A stretch of DNA of 64,000 nt, taken from positions 138,322,001-138,386,000 of the forward strand of contig OX597817.1 of assembly GCA_951406725.2 (NCBI GenBank). Direction: 5' to 3'. Made by a program: the position numbers and the translations under genes. Shown in pieces: positions 12,354 through 26,350 of this stretch; position 1 is the first letter of the stretch; each line of letters begins with the position of its first letter. The stretch is from Octopus vulgaris (Eukaryota). The notes beneath the pieces were generated by a model. The model worked only from the letters and a program-made list of their open reading frames with translations, was not told where the DNA came from and did no database searches.

Positions 12354-15089
12354 GTAAGCTGACATGTTTCTGAAAATCCATCTCCATCGATGTTATTCTG
12401 TTATTCCATGTAGTAAAAACGTTTCAGTTAGTCAACGTATTCTTCAATCTAAGTATACCTTCAGTTTCGAACATTTTCAATCGTTTATTTCTTTCGAAAA
12501 TTGATATTTAAATCCGAGCATATTGTGATAAGTATTTCTCCAAATGTTTCACGTGTTACTTCGTCCCACGTTGAATTTTTTGTTTAATTATTTCTCTCAT
12601 AAAGTTGTAAATTTGAGATTAGAGAGCCTCTTACAAAGCAGTTTTTATTTTAACCGAACGATAGTTTAAATCTAGGCGATTATTTTTGTAAAACCATAAA
12701 TATTTCATTTCGCAATCGTGTCGTGTCCCAGTTTGCTTGAAAGTTGTTCCTTAATTTTAAGTTATTCCTTATTAAATATTTTTGACTTTAGAAATGATAC
12801 TTATGATTCAAATTTTTAATTTTGTATGTTTACTTGTGTAGTTATTTAATTAGCTAAGTTTAATTAACATTTAATTTTATAGATGTTAATCGTAAATCTG
12901 TATGATTAACGACGAAAGTTCGGAATTAAAATTAATGCAATTAGTTAATAAATGACAGATTGTAATTACGAATAATATCTCGTGTACTACTTCGATCCTA
13001 CAACGACTACTTAGCAAAGTAAATAAAACACAAAATAAATAACTTTTTGCACAAAGTAAGGATCCGATTAGTCATGACTAGCTAGCGCGGATACGCGAGT
13101 GCGCGCACCGGGACCACTGTTCTCAAGTAGTACCATTAGTTAATAAATGAGAGATTGTAATTACGATTAATATCCTGTTTATATCTACCTGGTAGTGTGT
13201 TAGTTATTAATACGTGACTCCGTAGTTGAGAAGCTGGTTTCTCAACCACATGGTTACACGTTCAGTCCCTCTTTGTGGCACCTTAAGCGAGTGTCTATAG
13301 AGACCTGGTTTGTAAGTGAATTTGGTGGACGGAAACTGAAGGAAGACCGTTGTATTTTTGCGTTACTGTTTACAAACAGTTTCCAATCTGCCGTGAAATT
13401 TATAATTGTCCAGGGACAGTATTATATTGGTAAATTTTTACAAGTGCAGCCCCCACGCGGCGTGGTGGGATACACTTGAAAGAAATATTCCTTTCAGTTT
13501 TGAAGTTGCAAAGAATCAAATCCAGCGGGGGGATACATCCCCTATCAGGAACTGCTCATGATTTATAAGGGTGTTCACTTCTGGTATTATTTTAAACTTT
13601 AAACATTAATGCAATTGTATTCTCTTTTAACTATCTTTTATCTTTCGTTAGTGGTAGGCTTAAGATTATTTGAAATCAAATCTCGAAATTCTGTTGCTAC
13701 GTTTGTGTTTCAGTCAAAGGAGCACCATTATTTCTTTTGTAGAGATTCAGATCAAAGAGAGAGAATGGCACAGACAATCTTGTGTGTGTGTGGAATATAC
13801 ACACAAGCAGACGCAGGCATAGCTGTTTGGTAAACACACCGCATGGCACCTTAGGCAAATGGTCTTCTATAGACCTTGGCTGACCAACGAATTGGAAGTG
13901 GATTTGGTTGACGGAAACGAGCTTTGTGTACCCTTGTCTAAAAGTCACGCGAGCAATGGTTGTAAATGAGCGTCACCGTCATACAAGTGAGGTTGTCCAT
14001 TTCCAGCTTTATGTGAAAAACATAACTGATCATGGGGGTAATATTACCTTGCTTGGAAACTAAGGGTTGGTGGCAGGAAAGGCAGTCGGTTATTGATCCC
14101 TCAAATTCCCTATGACTGATGCAATCATGAAATTGTGTCTTCAGAGGATGATGGTAAATTTGTGAGGATTAAAAAAAAAACAAGATTAAAGAACCTGTAA
14201 AATTGATGCTTAATTGAAGTGCATGGGCTGAATGGAATTTGTTGAGATAGATTCTGTATGGCTGGATGTCCTTCCTGTAGCCAACCCTTACCTGATACTT
14301 CCCCATAATCAGACATGTTTTTCACAGGAGATTGGAAACCCACCATTTGCAGGACGGTGACACTCGTTTACAGCCATTGCAAAATGTCAAGACAAAGAGT
14401 AACGCACACACATGCATATATGATAGGCTTCTTTCAGTTTCTACCTGTCAAATCCACTCAAGGCTGTAGTTGACCCAGGGCCAAAGTAGAATACACTTGC
14501 CCTGATCGTGAAACCATGTGGTTTGGAGGCAAAGACGTCCTACCACACAGATACATAAAGATCTTGTAGTATTTGTATGTTGAAAGCTCCTTTGATGTGG
14601 TGAGAAAAACTCTACATTAAATCTCCAATCTCAATATTTGACAAATAAAGGAGTTCAGTCTCTGCACTATGCACTCAGACACCTGTTTGTTCCAGTCTAG
14701 CAGCCTAAGCCTGCAATCTTCATTGTTTAACATCCACTTTCCATGCTGGCATGGGTTGGACGGTTTGAATGAGGACTGATAAGCCAGGAAGCTGCACCAG
14801 ACTCCAATCTGATCCTGGTAAAGTTTCTACAGCTGGATGCCAACCACTCCGAGAGTGTAGTGGGTGCTTTTTATGTGCCACCGGCACAGGACCAGTCTGG
14901 TGGCACTGGTAATGACCACGGTAAATATTTACTGAGTTCTTATATAGAAAAGCTAGGCTTTCTGGGCTATGGTGTTCTAACATTTTGTCTAAAGTGAAAA
15001 AGCCTTTACAGGTTCAAATATGTATCTGCTGCATATTTGAACTGATCTCAAGTTTATGTTGTGTCACTGGGTCAAGAGGGGACTTTGCA

Positions 15090-15725
15090 CTATCCACAGA
15101 TCTGGTCATTGGCCCTCAGCAGGTTGTCCTGTAGAAACCTCCAGTTGTCTTCCACATCATGTGATGCTATATTCCCTTCTATTTCATCAAAGGCTTCGAT
15201 TAATATGTCTCTAAATTTTTGTCCATTCACAGGATCCTTACGTTTCCAGACCCTTCTCCGTGCTGGTCGTTTTCTGGGCATCCATTTAGCCCTGATCCTG
15301 AAGTCGCTATCTACTAGTCTATGTTGTGGGATACATTCTTCGCCTGGGAAGGTTTTGGCATTTATAAGCAGCCGTCTTTCCCTTTTTTCAGCGAGGATGT
15401 AGTCAATTTGGCTAGTGTGTCTGCCAGAATGGTAGGTGACTGGCAGGTTTCCTGAAGTTAGTATTGCAAACCATAAGATCATTTGCATTGCAGAACTCAA
15501 GCAGCCTGGTGCCCTTCTCATTGCAAGAACCAAAACCGTAGCCCCCATGTATGCCATGGAAGGCCCCTGCATGTTGTCCAACATGTTCATTGAAGTCACT
15601 AGCCAAATCGTCAATGAGGTAGTCTGCAATAGGGTGTCATAAAATCGGTCATTCTGTCCATCAGGTAGCCCCGGCTGAGGAGCATAGGCCGATATAATGG
15701 TTGCTAACCCATGATGTAGCTCTAA
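15090..15725 (-). pseudogene. RTE LINE apurinic-like endonuclease fragment (frameshifted)
   Basis: IISAYAPQ, DFNEHVG, SQIDYIL and PQHRLV motifs distributed over two frames. Confidence 0.8.
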
Positions 15726-16275
15726 TCTTCTGGCACACACGCACATACACATATGTAGTGTCTTGATTTGAAATAGAGGTTGATATGACTGCAACTAAAA
15801 TATGTCCTGAGGTCTATATTTAGGGTAATACTCAATCTTGGCCATTCTCCAGTGATTAAAACTCTTTTGATACCAACCTGGCTCTAGTTCCGAGTACAAA
15901 TGTCTTGTTTACAATAAGTTTTGAATTAAAATCTTCCACGAAACCTTAGTCACAATTTATGTTCCTAACACTAGCTGAATAATAACTAAGTTTTTTTACT
16001 AAGTTCTTTGTTATATTTAAAATTAATTGAAAGAAACACAGAGCATCTCAACAGGAATATGGTAACAAAAGGCTTAAATCCTGTAAAAGACTAACCTTTG
16101 TTGTGATCTTGTGACAGTATTTTCATATTATTTAGCTTTGACTTGATTGGAGGTAGTGTGTGGACACCGATGCAACTGCATTAAATACACCTCGATAGAT
16201 TTAGTTTCTTTTGTGACGTCTTGTACATCAGTGACTGGTTGCAGATAGAATTTCACTGTCTCTTTGGAATTCTTG

Positions 16276-16373
16276 ACAGTGAATATGATGAGAAATGACG
16301 ATCGATTCTGATGGCCCCTTACACTTTGGTGGCGGGGGATTCATTTGTAGTCAACTGCGCACTGATTCACTGT
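16276..16373 (+). ncRNA. Box C/D snoRNA, copy 1
   Basis: Terminal stem ACAGTGAA/TTCACTGT, C box ATGATGA 16285-16291, D' CTGA 16308-16311, D box CTGA 16362-16365. Conserved paralog at 19923. Confidence 0.85.
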
Positions 16374-17402
16374 TGAGGATCTGTCCCCTTGTGCAAGCAA
16401 AGTGGTTGTGATGGACTCTGGAATATAACTTTTATAATATACAAAATATTTTAATTTTATTTTTCTGCAATTCCTAATAATTTTCTCTATTAAAGGCACA
16501 AGGCGTGAAATTTTGAGGGAAGGGACTAGTGTGTAACTGGTACTTTATCGAGCATGAAAGGATCAAAGGCAAAGTCGACCGAGGTGGAATTTGAACTCAG
16601 AACGTAGCAGTTGGTGAGATGCTGCTAAGCATTTCGTCCAGCATGTTAACGATTCTGCCAGCTCACCGCCTAATAATATTCTAAGAATATAATAGGATTT
16701 TTAAAAAAATCGAATGGCTATGGGGGTAATTTGGAGTAGAATAGAAATCAGAGGGGTCCATAGATTAAAAGAAAAAAAAATTGGTTGAGAAACACTGATC
16801 CAAATTACTGGTATGGAAATTATATTCAGGTCCCCAGAGCAGGGTTTGATGGTATTATTTGCAGCATCTGTCTCAGGTGTTGCCTGTTTATAGTTAATCT
16901 TTCTGCTCTTTTCGTTAGCTTTCTTTAATAGTTTAGCTGGGATGTAGATACAGAATTAATGTAGCATATCTAAATCATCACCATCATGGTTTGACGGGAG
17001 GCTGGCAAGCCTGAGGGCTGCACCAGGTACCGCTCAGCTATACCAACATTTTATCTTCAGCCACACATACACACCCATGCACATCTTCCTTTCTATATTC
17101 TGATACGGTTTTATTTTTAACTCCTGTAATTTCACCGAAATACATTAAGCCTCAAGCTGCTGCAGCTATTTATTTTGTGATTGCTTATCTCTGATTGTGA
17201 CCTCTCTTAGTCATCATTCAGTGCTGGGATTATATTTAAAAACTGCAAGTGCACTTCTGCTTAACACAAGTGTGTGTGTGTGTATTTAAATACAAGTGCA
17301 TGTGTGTGTATACTATATACCTGAACACAAGCAAGTATACAAGTGTGCATCTACTTGTATGATTTGTCCGCATTACTCCATAAGGAGCATCGTATATATA
17401 TA

Positions 17403-17789
17403 TCTCTCTATATATAAACGGCAGTTTGTCTGTGCGTGTTTCTGTGTGTCTGTTTTCTCGTACCCTCACCCTGACCACGGCTTTCAACCGATTCTGATGA
17501 AACTTGACACACACATAGCCCAATGTCATAATTCAAAACTAACGCAGCGAAAATTTTGAAAAGTTAACCCCAGTTCTGAAAAAAATCGATAAATTCGACA
17601 TGGGGTCGAGAATAAAAAAAAACAAACCACAGACTGTCTAGGGGACGCAACTCAACCTTTTTTACTCTCAAAAAAAAATTTACCATAATTTTTTTTCCAT
17701 TTTTTTGCTATTTTTTGGCTATAACTCTCTAAAAATGCTTTATAGTTATTTCCCTTACAAACCTGAGCAACGCCGGGCGATACTGCTAG
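17403..17789 (+). mobile_element. Non-autonomous Helitron
   Basis: A|TC 5' end, 3' hairpin CCTGAGCAACGCCGGG and CTAG|T end. The 3' ~60 bp match the copy at 57207-57708. Confidence 0.75.
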
Positions 17790-17795
17790 TATATA

Positions 17796-17931
17796 TATAA
17801 TCAAAATAAGCAACAAGTATATCCGGGGTAGAGTAGTACAATTGTTTCATGCTACTTCATTTTATTAAACACTAGCATGAAACAATTGTACTACTCTACC
17901 TCGGATATACTTGTTGCTTATTTTGATTATA
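17796..17931. repeat. Near-perfect fold-back with ~60-bp arms, possibly from a Penelope-like element end
   Basis: ATAATCAAAATAAGCAACAAGTATATCCG...GTACAATTGTTTCATGCTA is mirrored by TAGCATGAAACAATTGTAC...CGGATATACTTGTTGCTTATTTTGATTAT. Confidence 0.8.
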
Positions 17932-18004
17932 ATCACCCCATTTGATTTATATGGATAATACCATACAAAATTCTGGTGCCTTTGACTTAAGTACCATATT
18001 CATC

Positions 18005-18063
<59 letters not shown>

Positions 18064-19485
18064 CTGTGAGCTCCTTCTAGGGTGGGACACCATTTCGTTG
18101 TAGGGTTACTCATTTTCGCCAGCTAAGTCGAGTGGGGCAGCATAAAACGAAACTCAAGAAAACTGCATCGTCTGATCCGGGAATTGAAACCACAATCTTA
18201 TGATGAGTCGAACACCAAGCCATGTGCCACTGCATAGACTTGTGTATTTGGACACAATACCTACCTTAGTGTGTATCTGTTTAAACACACTGATTGTGCA
18301 TCCACCCCACCTTTCATTTTATGCTCAGCTGCCCTTGATATCAATTATTCTTTCTTTTTTTTATTCTAAAAGTCATGTTGCTGCATTTATTTATATAGAA
18401 TGGAGAGGACCTCAGTTCGTGTCCACTTTCCATCATGGCATGAGCAGGGCCTCACTCCGTTTTATTTTTGGCATGATTTCTATGGCTGGTTATTTTTCCT
18501 TACAAGGTGTCCTGGGTGAGTTTTATAGTGGCGCCAGCACTTTGGGTTTGTCTGGTACCTTGCGAGGGCTAAAGTCATTGCTATTCTCTGTCTCTCTCAG
18601 CACAATTAATAAACGAACTCTTGAGAAATAATATTGGTGGACCAATAAATACATTCATCACTGGCCTGGTTATGTTGTCTAATTAGACCAAGACCTGTCT
18701 AGTTATCTCCCTTCCCTTTCAAACTCTGATCAATCCAAATTTGTCGATAAATTCAATGAATTATCTCCCCTTTCCCTGTGAGGGCCTCTGACCATTATCC
18801 CGTAGAAGGGCTTTCTTTTCTCGTTATGTAATTGAACAGGAAATTTGAGAAATTTCTTGCTTCCATCATGAAGGAAGTTATTCCCTCACAACATACTGTG
18901 TGGGCGTGTTTATTTGAAAACACGACTGGTGTATGCTTTTATCTTGTCTCAGTCATTGGACAGCAGCCATCCCGGGGTTCCGCCTTGAAGGGTTTAGACA
19001 AATCGACCTCGGAACTCAACTTTTTTAAAGCTTTGTACTTATTCCTGTCAGTCTCTCTTGCTGTTAATTTACAAGGACGTAAACAAACCAACACTGTCAA
19101 GTGTTGGTGGGGGACAAAGACAGCCATGTATAAATGACAAACTTATTTCAGTTTCCCTCAGCCAAATCCACTCTGAAGGCTTGGTTGCCCTAGGCTGTAA
19201 GAAAGGTACTTCCCCAAGGTGCTGCACAGTGGGACCGAACCCAGAACAATGTAGTTGAGTAGCAAACTTCTTACCACACAACATAAATCGTAGAGTATCT
19301 CTTTTATCACCCCTCTTAAAAAATCAACTTGCTTGAAGTTGTTGCTTGTTTTGTGGCACAAACTTTCTGCTTTAAAAAATATCTAAATAACAACTTTCAG
19401 AAAAGTTCCAAGGTAATTTGTTCCAAAGACAGTTATTTTACTGTTAGTTTGGGGGAAAAAATTTTTGTGCCTTGTTAAAATAATG

Positions 19486-19538
<53 letters not shown>

Positions 19539-19922
19539 TGTGGTGTGTATTCATTCAGTTCACTCAAACTTTTTCCTCAACCTAGTAAAATCTTTATTTC
19601 TAAAATCGAAACCAAGTCAGTGTATTTCAACAGAAATATAATAACAAAAGGGTTAACAGACACCACAGATGTGTCTATTAAAAATAATAATTAAGTACAG
19701 ACACATTGGGGAAGATGATCTCTCTTCATGTGAATATTTAAAAAAAATCTTAAATATGTTGATTTTTAATTAAAGAACTGTTTTTATCAATTAGCCATTT
19801 GCCTTTCTGAATCTGATTTCTTCAGATTCTTATCTTCCTGTTATCTAGAGTCGACGGTACCTGGTGGAGCTGTTTGTAAGGTCTTTAGATAAATTATATT
19901 GGAATGGTTTTCTGAATGTTTT

Positions 19923-20022
19923 ACAGTGAATATGATGAGAAATGACGATCGATTCTGATGGCCCCTTACACCTTATGGTGCTGGGGGATTCATCTGAAGT
20001 CAACTGCGCACTGATTCACTGT
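19923..20022 (+). ncRNA. Box C/D snoRNA, copy 2
   Basis: Same terminal stem as copy 1. C box 19932-19938, D' 19955-19958, D box 20011-20014. Both guide segments are identical to copy 1. Confidence 0.85.
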
Positions 20023-20380
20023 TAAAGATCTCTGCTTGTGTGTCGTTTTGCATGGGTCGGATGGAATTTGTCAAGGTAGATTTTCTCTGGCCAGAAACCC
20101 TGTTGTTAACCCTCACCTTTTTCCAAGGAAGGTAATATTTCCCCATGACCAAATGTGTTTTCATGTAAGATTAGGAATGGACATTCCTTGCATGAAGGTG
20201 ATCATGATGTCAAAGAAAAGGAGACACGCACCTGTATGAGGGCCTTTTTCACTTTCTGTCTTTTCAGTTCCACTCATACGGTTTTGGTCAGCCTGGGGCT
20301 ATAGTAGCAGACGCTTGCCCAGGGTGCCACGTAAAAAACACCCAACACACTTTCTAAAGTTGGTTTTAGGAAGGGTATAC

Positions 20381-20743
20381 AGCCGTAGAAACCATGCCAA
20401 ACAAACAATTGGGTCCTGACGCAGCTCTCTGGCTTATTAACCCCTATCAAATCACCCAACCCATGCCAGTATGGAAAACAAATGTGAAATGATATATATA
20501 TATATATATATACACACTTTTCTGCTCTAGGCACAAGTTCTGAAGTTTTTGGGGAGGGGGAGCCGTAGAAACCATGCCAAACAAACAATTGGGTCCTGAC
20601 GCAGCTCTCTGGCTTATTAACCCCTATCAAATCACCCAACCCATGCCAGTATGGAAAACAAATGTGAAATGATATATATATATATATATATACACACTTT
20701 TCTGCTCTAGGCACAAGTTCTGAAGTTTTTGGGGAGGGGGAGC
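20381..20743. repeat. Exact 180-bp tandem duplication of SINE fragments
   Basis: 20381-20560 is repeated at 20561-20740, including an identical (TA)n length. Confidence 0.85.
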
Positions 20744-21269
20744 ATCGATTAGATTGATTCCAGTACGCAACGGGTACTTAATTTATTGACCTTGAAAGGA
20801 TGAAAGGCAAATTTGAGCTCAGAATGTGAAAACAGACAAAATACTGCTAAGCATTTTGCCCAGCATGCTGACATTCCTGCCAGCTTGCCGCCTATTTATA
20901 TCTGTGCAGGCGTGGCTGTGTGGTAAGGAGCTTGCTTCCCAACCCCATGGTTCTGGGTTCAGTCCTAATGCGTGGCACGTCGGGCAGGTGTCTTCTGCTA
21001 TATCCTTAGGTCAACAAAATCCTTGTAGGTGAATTTGGTAGACAGAAACCGAAAGAAGCCTGTCATATTTGTGCCTGTGTTTGTCCCCTCCACCATTGCT
21101 TGACAACCAGTGTTTGTGTGTTTACATCCCCGTAACTTAGCAGTTCAGCAAAAGTACTAGGCATACAAGGAATATGTCCTGGGGTCGATTTGTTTGACTA
21201 AAGGTGGTGCTCCAGCATGGCTGTAGTCAAATGACTGAAACAAGTAAAAGAACATATATCAGTTAAATA

Positions 21270-21801
21270 TACGAGGGTGAATCAAAAAGCAATGTCATTT
21301 TGTTTGGGACAAAATTACCAACACAAAAACATGTATCATACATCAAAACGAAGCTGGTCCTATCTGGATCATGTCCCTACTTCTCAACATGGTCACCGTT
21401 TCTCTCAGTAGCAATGTTCCACCTTTGAATGAAAAGCATGTATCCCTGCCCTGTAATATTCTGCTGACTGTTCTTTGAGCCACTTCTTCACTACCTCCAC
21501 CAGATTTAGTGCCTTCAGACTAAAGGTTTGAGAGGCAAACATTAATTCCAGTGACGAAGAAATGAAAACTGTAGTGAAGAAGTGGCTCAAAGAACCGTCA
21601 ACAGAATATTACAGGGCAGGGATACATGCTCTCATTCAAAGGTGGAACATTGCTATTGAGAGAAACAGTGACTATGTTGAGAAGTAGGGATATGATCCAC
21701 CACAGAGGACCAACTTCATTTTGATGTATGATACATTTTCCTGTGTTGGTAATTATATCTGTCCTAAACAGAATGGCATTACTTTTTGACTCACCCTCGT
21801 A
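21270..21801. mobile_element. Mariner-derived fold-back element made of two inverted 3' ends
   Basis: TACGAGGGTGAATCAAAAAG...CTTTTTGACTCACCCTCGTA ends. Both ~225-bp arms encode the transposase C-terminus (VVKKWLKE..EYYRAGIHA) in opposite directions. Confidence 0.85.
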
Positions 21802-23206
21802 TATCGGTTAAAGTCTACCAAGTTTCACTTGGAATACTTGGTTGATGGGATTCCTAGTGTGTTAGAACCCCCAACCATGTTCTAAAGTAAACTTTTTTAC
21901 CACACACCTTCATCTGTACCAATTACTACATATTACACTAACTATAAATGGAAATGTAAATTTTCATTATTTGGTTCCTGAATTAGCAATGGAATTAAAC
22001 ACAGTTGAATTTATCCTTAACTGCCTGCCCTTATATATATACATACATACATACATACATTTCTGTATCTCTATAACCGTCTGTCCCAGTATCAGACCCC
22101 AGTTGAACCGTCCAACCCATGTAGCATGGAAAGCGGACGTTAAACGATGATGATACACTACTAAACTTCTCATTTTCATCATCTTCCTGTTCCCTCAACT
22201 GTGACAAATCAGTGTTTGGTAACCCATTTCTTGATTCAGGAACTGAATGCATTTTAAGTGTCTCCTTTCTATACACAGTATGCAGACCCAAGGCCATCAT
22301 TCTGATGTCGTTGTGCAATGGGTGTGTGTTGCATTTTCATATTAACACTGGTTGGGTGGTGATGTCTCCTATCAAACCGTCCAACCCATGCCAGCATGGA
22401 AAATGGATGTTAACTGATGATGGTAGGAGTGAAGGTGTAATAAGAACATTTTTTAATCAGTGATTTAGACGCTTTAATTACTAATGAAATAATAACAATA
22501 AAAAAAAAAGGGGGCAATAAATTGCAGTATAATGATAAACAGAAGTTCTGTAAGTGAACAGCAACAACAAAAATCTTGCATAGACAGGTGTATATGAAGG
22601 TTAGGAGGTGTGCTGGTGACATAGATGCAACAGGAGGCCACAGATTTGGCTTGAAAATATGGAAATTAATCAATGACTTAGATGTTACTAATATAAATTG
22701 TGAGTGTTGGTCATTTGTGGAGTTTGAATAAAAGCTGGACACTGGGCCTTGAATTCTATTTTTACTCTTTGATGCAATGTCATTTTGATAATTTCCTGGT
22801 AGCAGTAATTATTTTGCGTAGTGGTGACTTTTAGCTTATTAACACTGGTTTGCAAACAATCTATTCTGGAAATTTCCTTAGGTTTTGTGGTGGTAATGGT
22901 CAGATGGCCTGAAACTGCAGCCCCCCACCCCCCTTTTTTTTATATGTCCTTTGGAGGGTGTATGGGAATGTATATTGGTTTAAAAAACTGATTTCTCTCT
23001 CTCCCACTGGGTGATAAATATATTTATAGTGCAGTTACATACATTGTATGTAGGTTTTAAAATGGAAACAAATCTGCCAAAAATGAACGAAATCATTGGT
23101 ATGAAGGAGTGAAAGCCAAGACTAATGATTTAATTAGATTAATTTATTAAAATAACATACATCTGCTGATATTTTGATTAAAGTCTATTCACCTAATTTG
23201 GTTGTT

Positions 23207-23970
23207 TTAACATAACGTTTGATGTAATTCGTTATTTGATAGGTTTGTGTCTGTTTTTTTGGGCAGAGTGGACAGGAAAGTGACTCGTGGTTGTTGTGTG
23301 GAGGGTTTTGTGATGAGAGTGCTCAGGTGGATTACAGTGATGGGTGGAATGTTATGGTTGATCTTAAGTCTGCAGCTGATGAGCTTTTTGTATGCATGAC
23401 TGAATTGTGAATTCGTCAAGCCATAGATGACAGGGTTTACAGCACTTCCGAAATAAATACACAACCTACAAAACAGGTGGTGAGGTTTTGAAAGGATATA
23501 ATAGAGATCTATTATAGCAGTAATTGTACAGGGGAAATAAAACAAAATAAAAAGGGAGATGATGGTTAACATCATCTTGGTCATGCGTTTCTCATTTCGT
23601 TCTCGCTGTTGTGAAGTAATGGAATCCTTTAAAGAAGGCAGTCTTAGGTGGCGAGCTTTGGATGCTTGGTAGATCCCTATGTAAAAGTAGATGATTATTA
23701 TGCTTGGCATGAGGGTGCGTAGTAACAATAAAATGTCTTTGAAATATTGTTTGTCCTCAAATAGATTGCATGTTGCTAGTCTCTCCACGTAACCAAATTT
23801 TCCCCAAACTTGTAATAATGGCGGCAGCAGACACAGCAACGGTAACAGCCATGCAATACTTAACATGGCTGCAATGTTGATTTGGTTGAAATGGTCCATG
23901 TATTTGTGGTAGTTGCCCACAAGTTTGTAACGGTTATAAGCAATTAAAATGATTGTCATAATGGTTGTAC
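23207..23970 (-). CDS. Class A GPCR, moody/Tre1/GPR84-like, coding exon 3 (TM3 end to C-terminus)
   Basis: Acceptor TTTCTTTGCAG|GT. Encodes IAYNRY, WGKFGY..TC, FYFP and NPVIY, with stop TAA at 23207-23209. Phase 1 matches exon 2. Confidence 0.9.
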
Positions 23971-26146
23971 CTGCAAAGAAATGAAATTGACAGTTAGTCA
24001 TCTCTTGTAAAAATTAGGACATCAAGTTTTATTTTGAATTTATCATTTTATAAACCTTAATTTATAGACTGAGCCCCAACAACTTTCATAATGAACCTTT
24101 TCAGTTTCGTTTACTAAGTTCAATTTTTGGAAATTTTTACCCGTGAAATTTTTCATTTGTTAATTACGAAAATCATATCCATTTATTGGAGAAATTAACG
24201 ATAAAGACATTACAGACGTATAAAAATGGAACAATTTTTGAAATTCATCCAATCAGATATAGCAGTTTCTGATCCTGTAAGCCACAGTTCTCACACTTGC
24301 CGTTTGTTTTTGGAGACAAGTTTCCCTTGCAGTATTTATTTTTGATTATGATGATATTCATTATTTCGAAAGAAACTGGTTATTTTTGTAATTAGTATGA
24401 AAAATTATATTTAGTAATTTCCCCCTGCAAAATCAGATCCGGTATATGAATCCAAGATGATACAAATTAAAATTGAAGTCAGGTGGGGGTTGTTTTGGCA
24501 GAGATTAAGACAGAGACAAAAATGGACAACTGAAAGAAGTCAGGGGCTACATTTCTGAAGTAATTGTATAGTTTTTTCCTTTAATATTAGCCAATATACA
24601 TTCAGGTACCAACTTCAGTGCTATCAATATTCTGAAGGTTATAGCAATAGTTTACATGGATTTTTAACCCAAGTAAATTAATTTTTATTTCAATTTAATA
24701 AATGAAAGTATTAAAGTACTTATGTGTTTTATAACTAATTATCAAATATATTTTTATAGTGACTGTATTCTTAGGGCGACGTGCCATGCTTGAGGAGACC
24801 TATTGAGTCAAGTACATCAAAATCAAATGGAAATTGTAGTTGTGATCCCCATGCTGATGGCACGTAAAAAAACACTGTACGAACGTGGTCGATGCCAGCG
24901 CTGCCTTGACTGGCTTCTGTGCTGGTGGCATGTAAAAGGCACCAACTGATCGTGGTCGTTGCCAGTCCCCTCTGGCCCCTGTGCTGGTGGCATGTAAAAA
25001 ACACCCACTACACTTTCAGAGTGGTTGGCATTAAGAAGAGCATCCAGCTGGAGCCCAGTCGAGCCGTCCAACCCATGTCAGCATGGAAAACAGACGTTAA
25101 ACGATGATTCTATAAATGACTGGCTAACAACTATATTCGTTTCATAAGGATTAAAATCAAGATTAAGACATGAGATTCATTCATTTTCAATAAGAGATGT
25201 CAAGGTATACAAGGGTTCAGATTCAACATAGTTGGTCAGATTTTGATGTCCAATCAAGCGATTGTCTTTTCGCTGATTTGTCTAGTGTTAATGTTGCTGG
25301 GAGCCAATGATAGATCTAATTAAAAACTGATTGGCTATTAACATGATTTTTTTAAATGTCTTATTCTATGTTGCTATGGGTTAGATGAAACTTTAACCAG
25401 ACAAGGTTTTTTATGGCTGGATGCCCTTCCAGTCACCACTCCTTGTTTTTGAAATAAGACATTATTTCATTCCACTGGTTGTCTTGTTCTCCTGCTTTAC
25501 TTAAGGATCTTTTGTTTACTGGAGAGCCAGTGTCTCTGTTTTCCACTTAAGCAGTGCTCATGTTAACACTGAGTTGACTTTCACACAATGCACACACTTG
25601 CAATGGGCTTCCATATAGTTTCCATCTGTCGTTATCACTCCTGAGGCTTTGGTGGATGTCAGTCTACAGTAGGGCCACACCCAAAGCCCCTGGGGTTAAG
25701 AAGCAAACCACACAATCCTACCTGCCCCTGTAATTTAGTGAAATTGAACAGTGAAAAATATCTGGTGTCCTCCCCACACCCTCCACAGTGGTGGGTACAT
25801 TTCACTTCATTAATTGACATCTCTCCTTATTGCTGCCGCATTTTCCTATTGTCCTGCATGTTCTAGCATCTGTTTTCAATAACCTAGTGGAAATAAAGAT
25901 TATTCTTTCCTTTCTTTCATAAACTACGTCTCAATAAGACAGAAACATTTTCGACTGATTCAGTCGGTAATTTGGATTGTAATGGTTTCTAATTGACATT
26001 TAGGGAATGGTTTAGTTCAGTTTCAGTCCTATTTTCAAAGGATTAAAAGGAAAGTTGGCCCTTGTGGTAGTAAACTGAATCTCATTAAATTTGTTTTTCC
26101 TTGTTGAGAAATTGAAATAGGTATTGTTAAATTTCTAATTCCTTAC

Positions 26147-26350
26147 CTGTTAATGCATAGTCAACAAGTGCAACAAGTCTGCATAGTAACGGGCTTATTC
26201 CGGCTGCATGGTGAATATTGGTGTAAGCATGGAATGGTAACACACCCAAGTCAAACACTAGGTTCACCACACTGAGATTAACAATAAAAATATTGGAAGG
26301 AGTCTGTAATTTCTTGGAGGTTTTCACAGCCAGAATAACCAGTATGTTTC
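26147..26350 (-). CDS. Class A GPCR coding exon 2 (TM1 end to TM3)
   Basis: Acceptor TTTTATTTTCACAG|GA and donor AG|GTAAGG. 204 nt encoding GNILVILAV..LQTPSNIFIVNLS..CRLVA. Confidence 0.9.

Noticed and set aside
20381-20743. 146-aa ORF with an internal repeat
   Set aside because: It arises from an exact 180-bp duplication of SINE pieces, which may be an assembly artefact.
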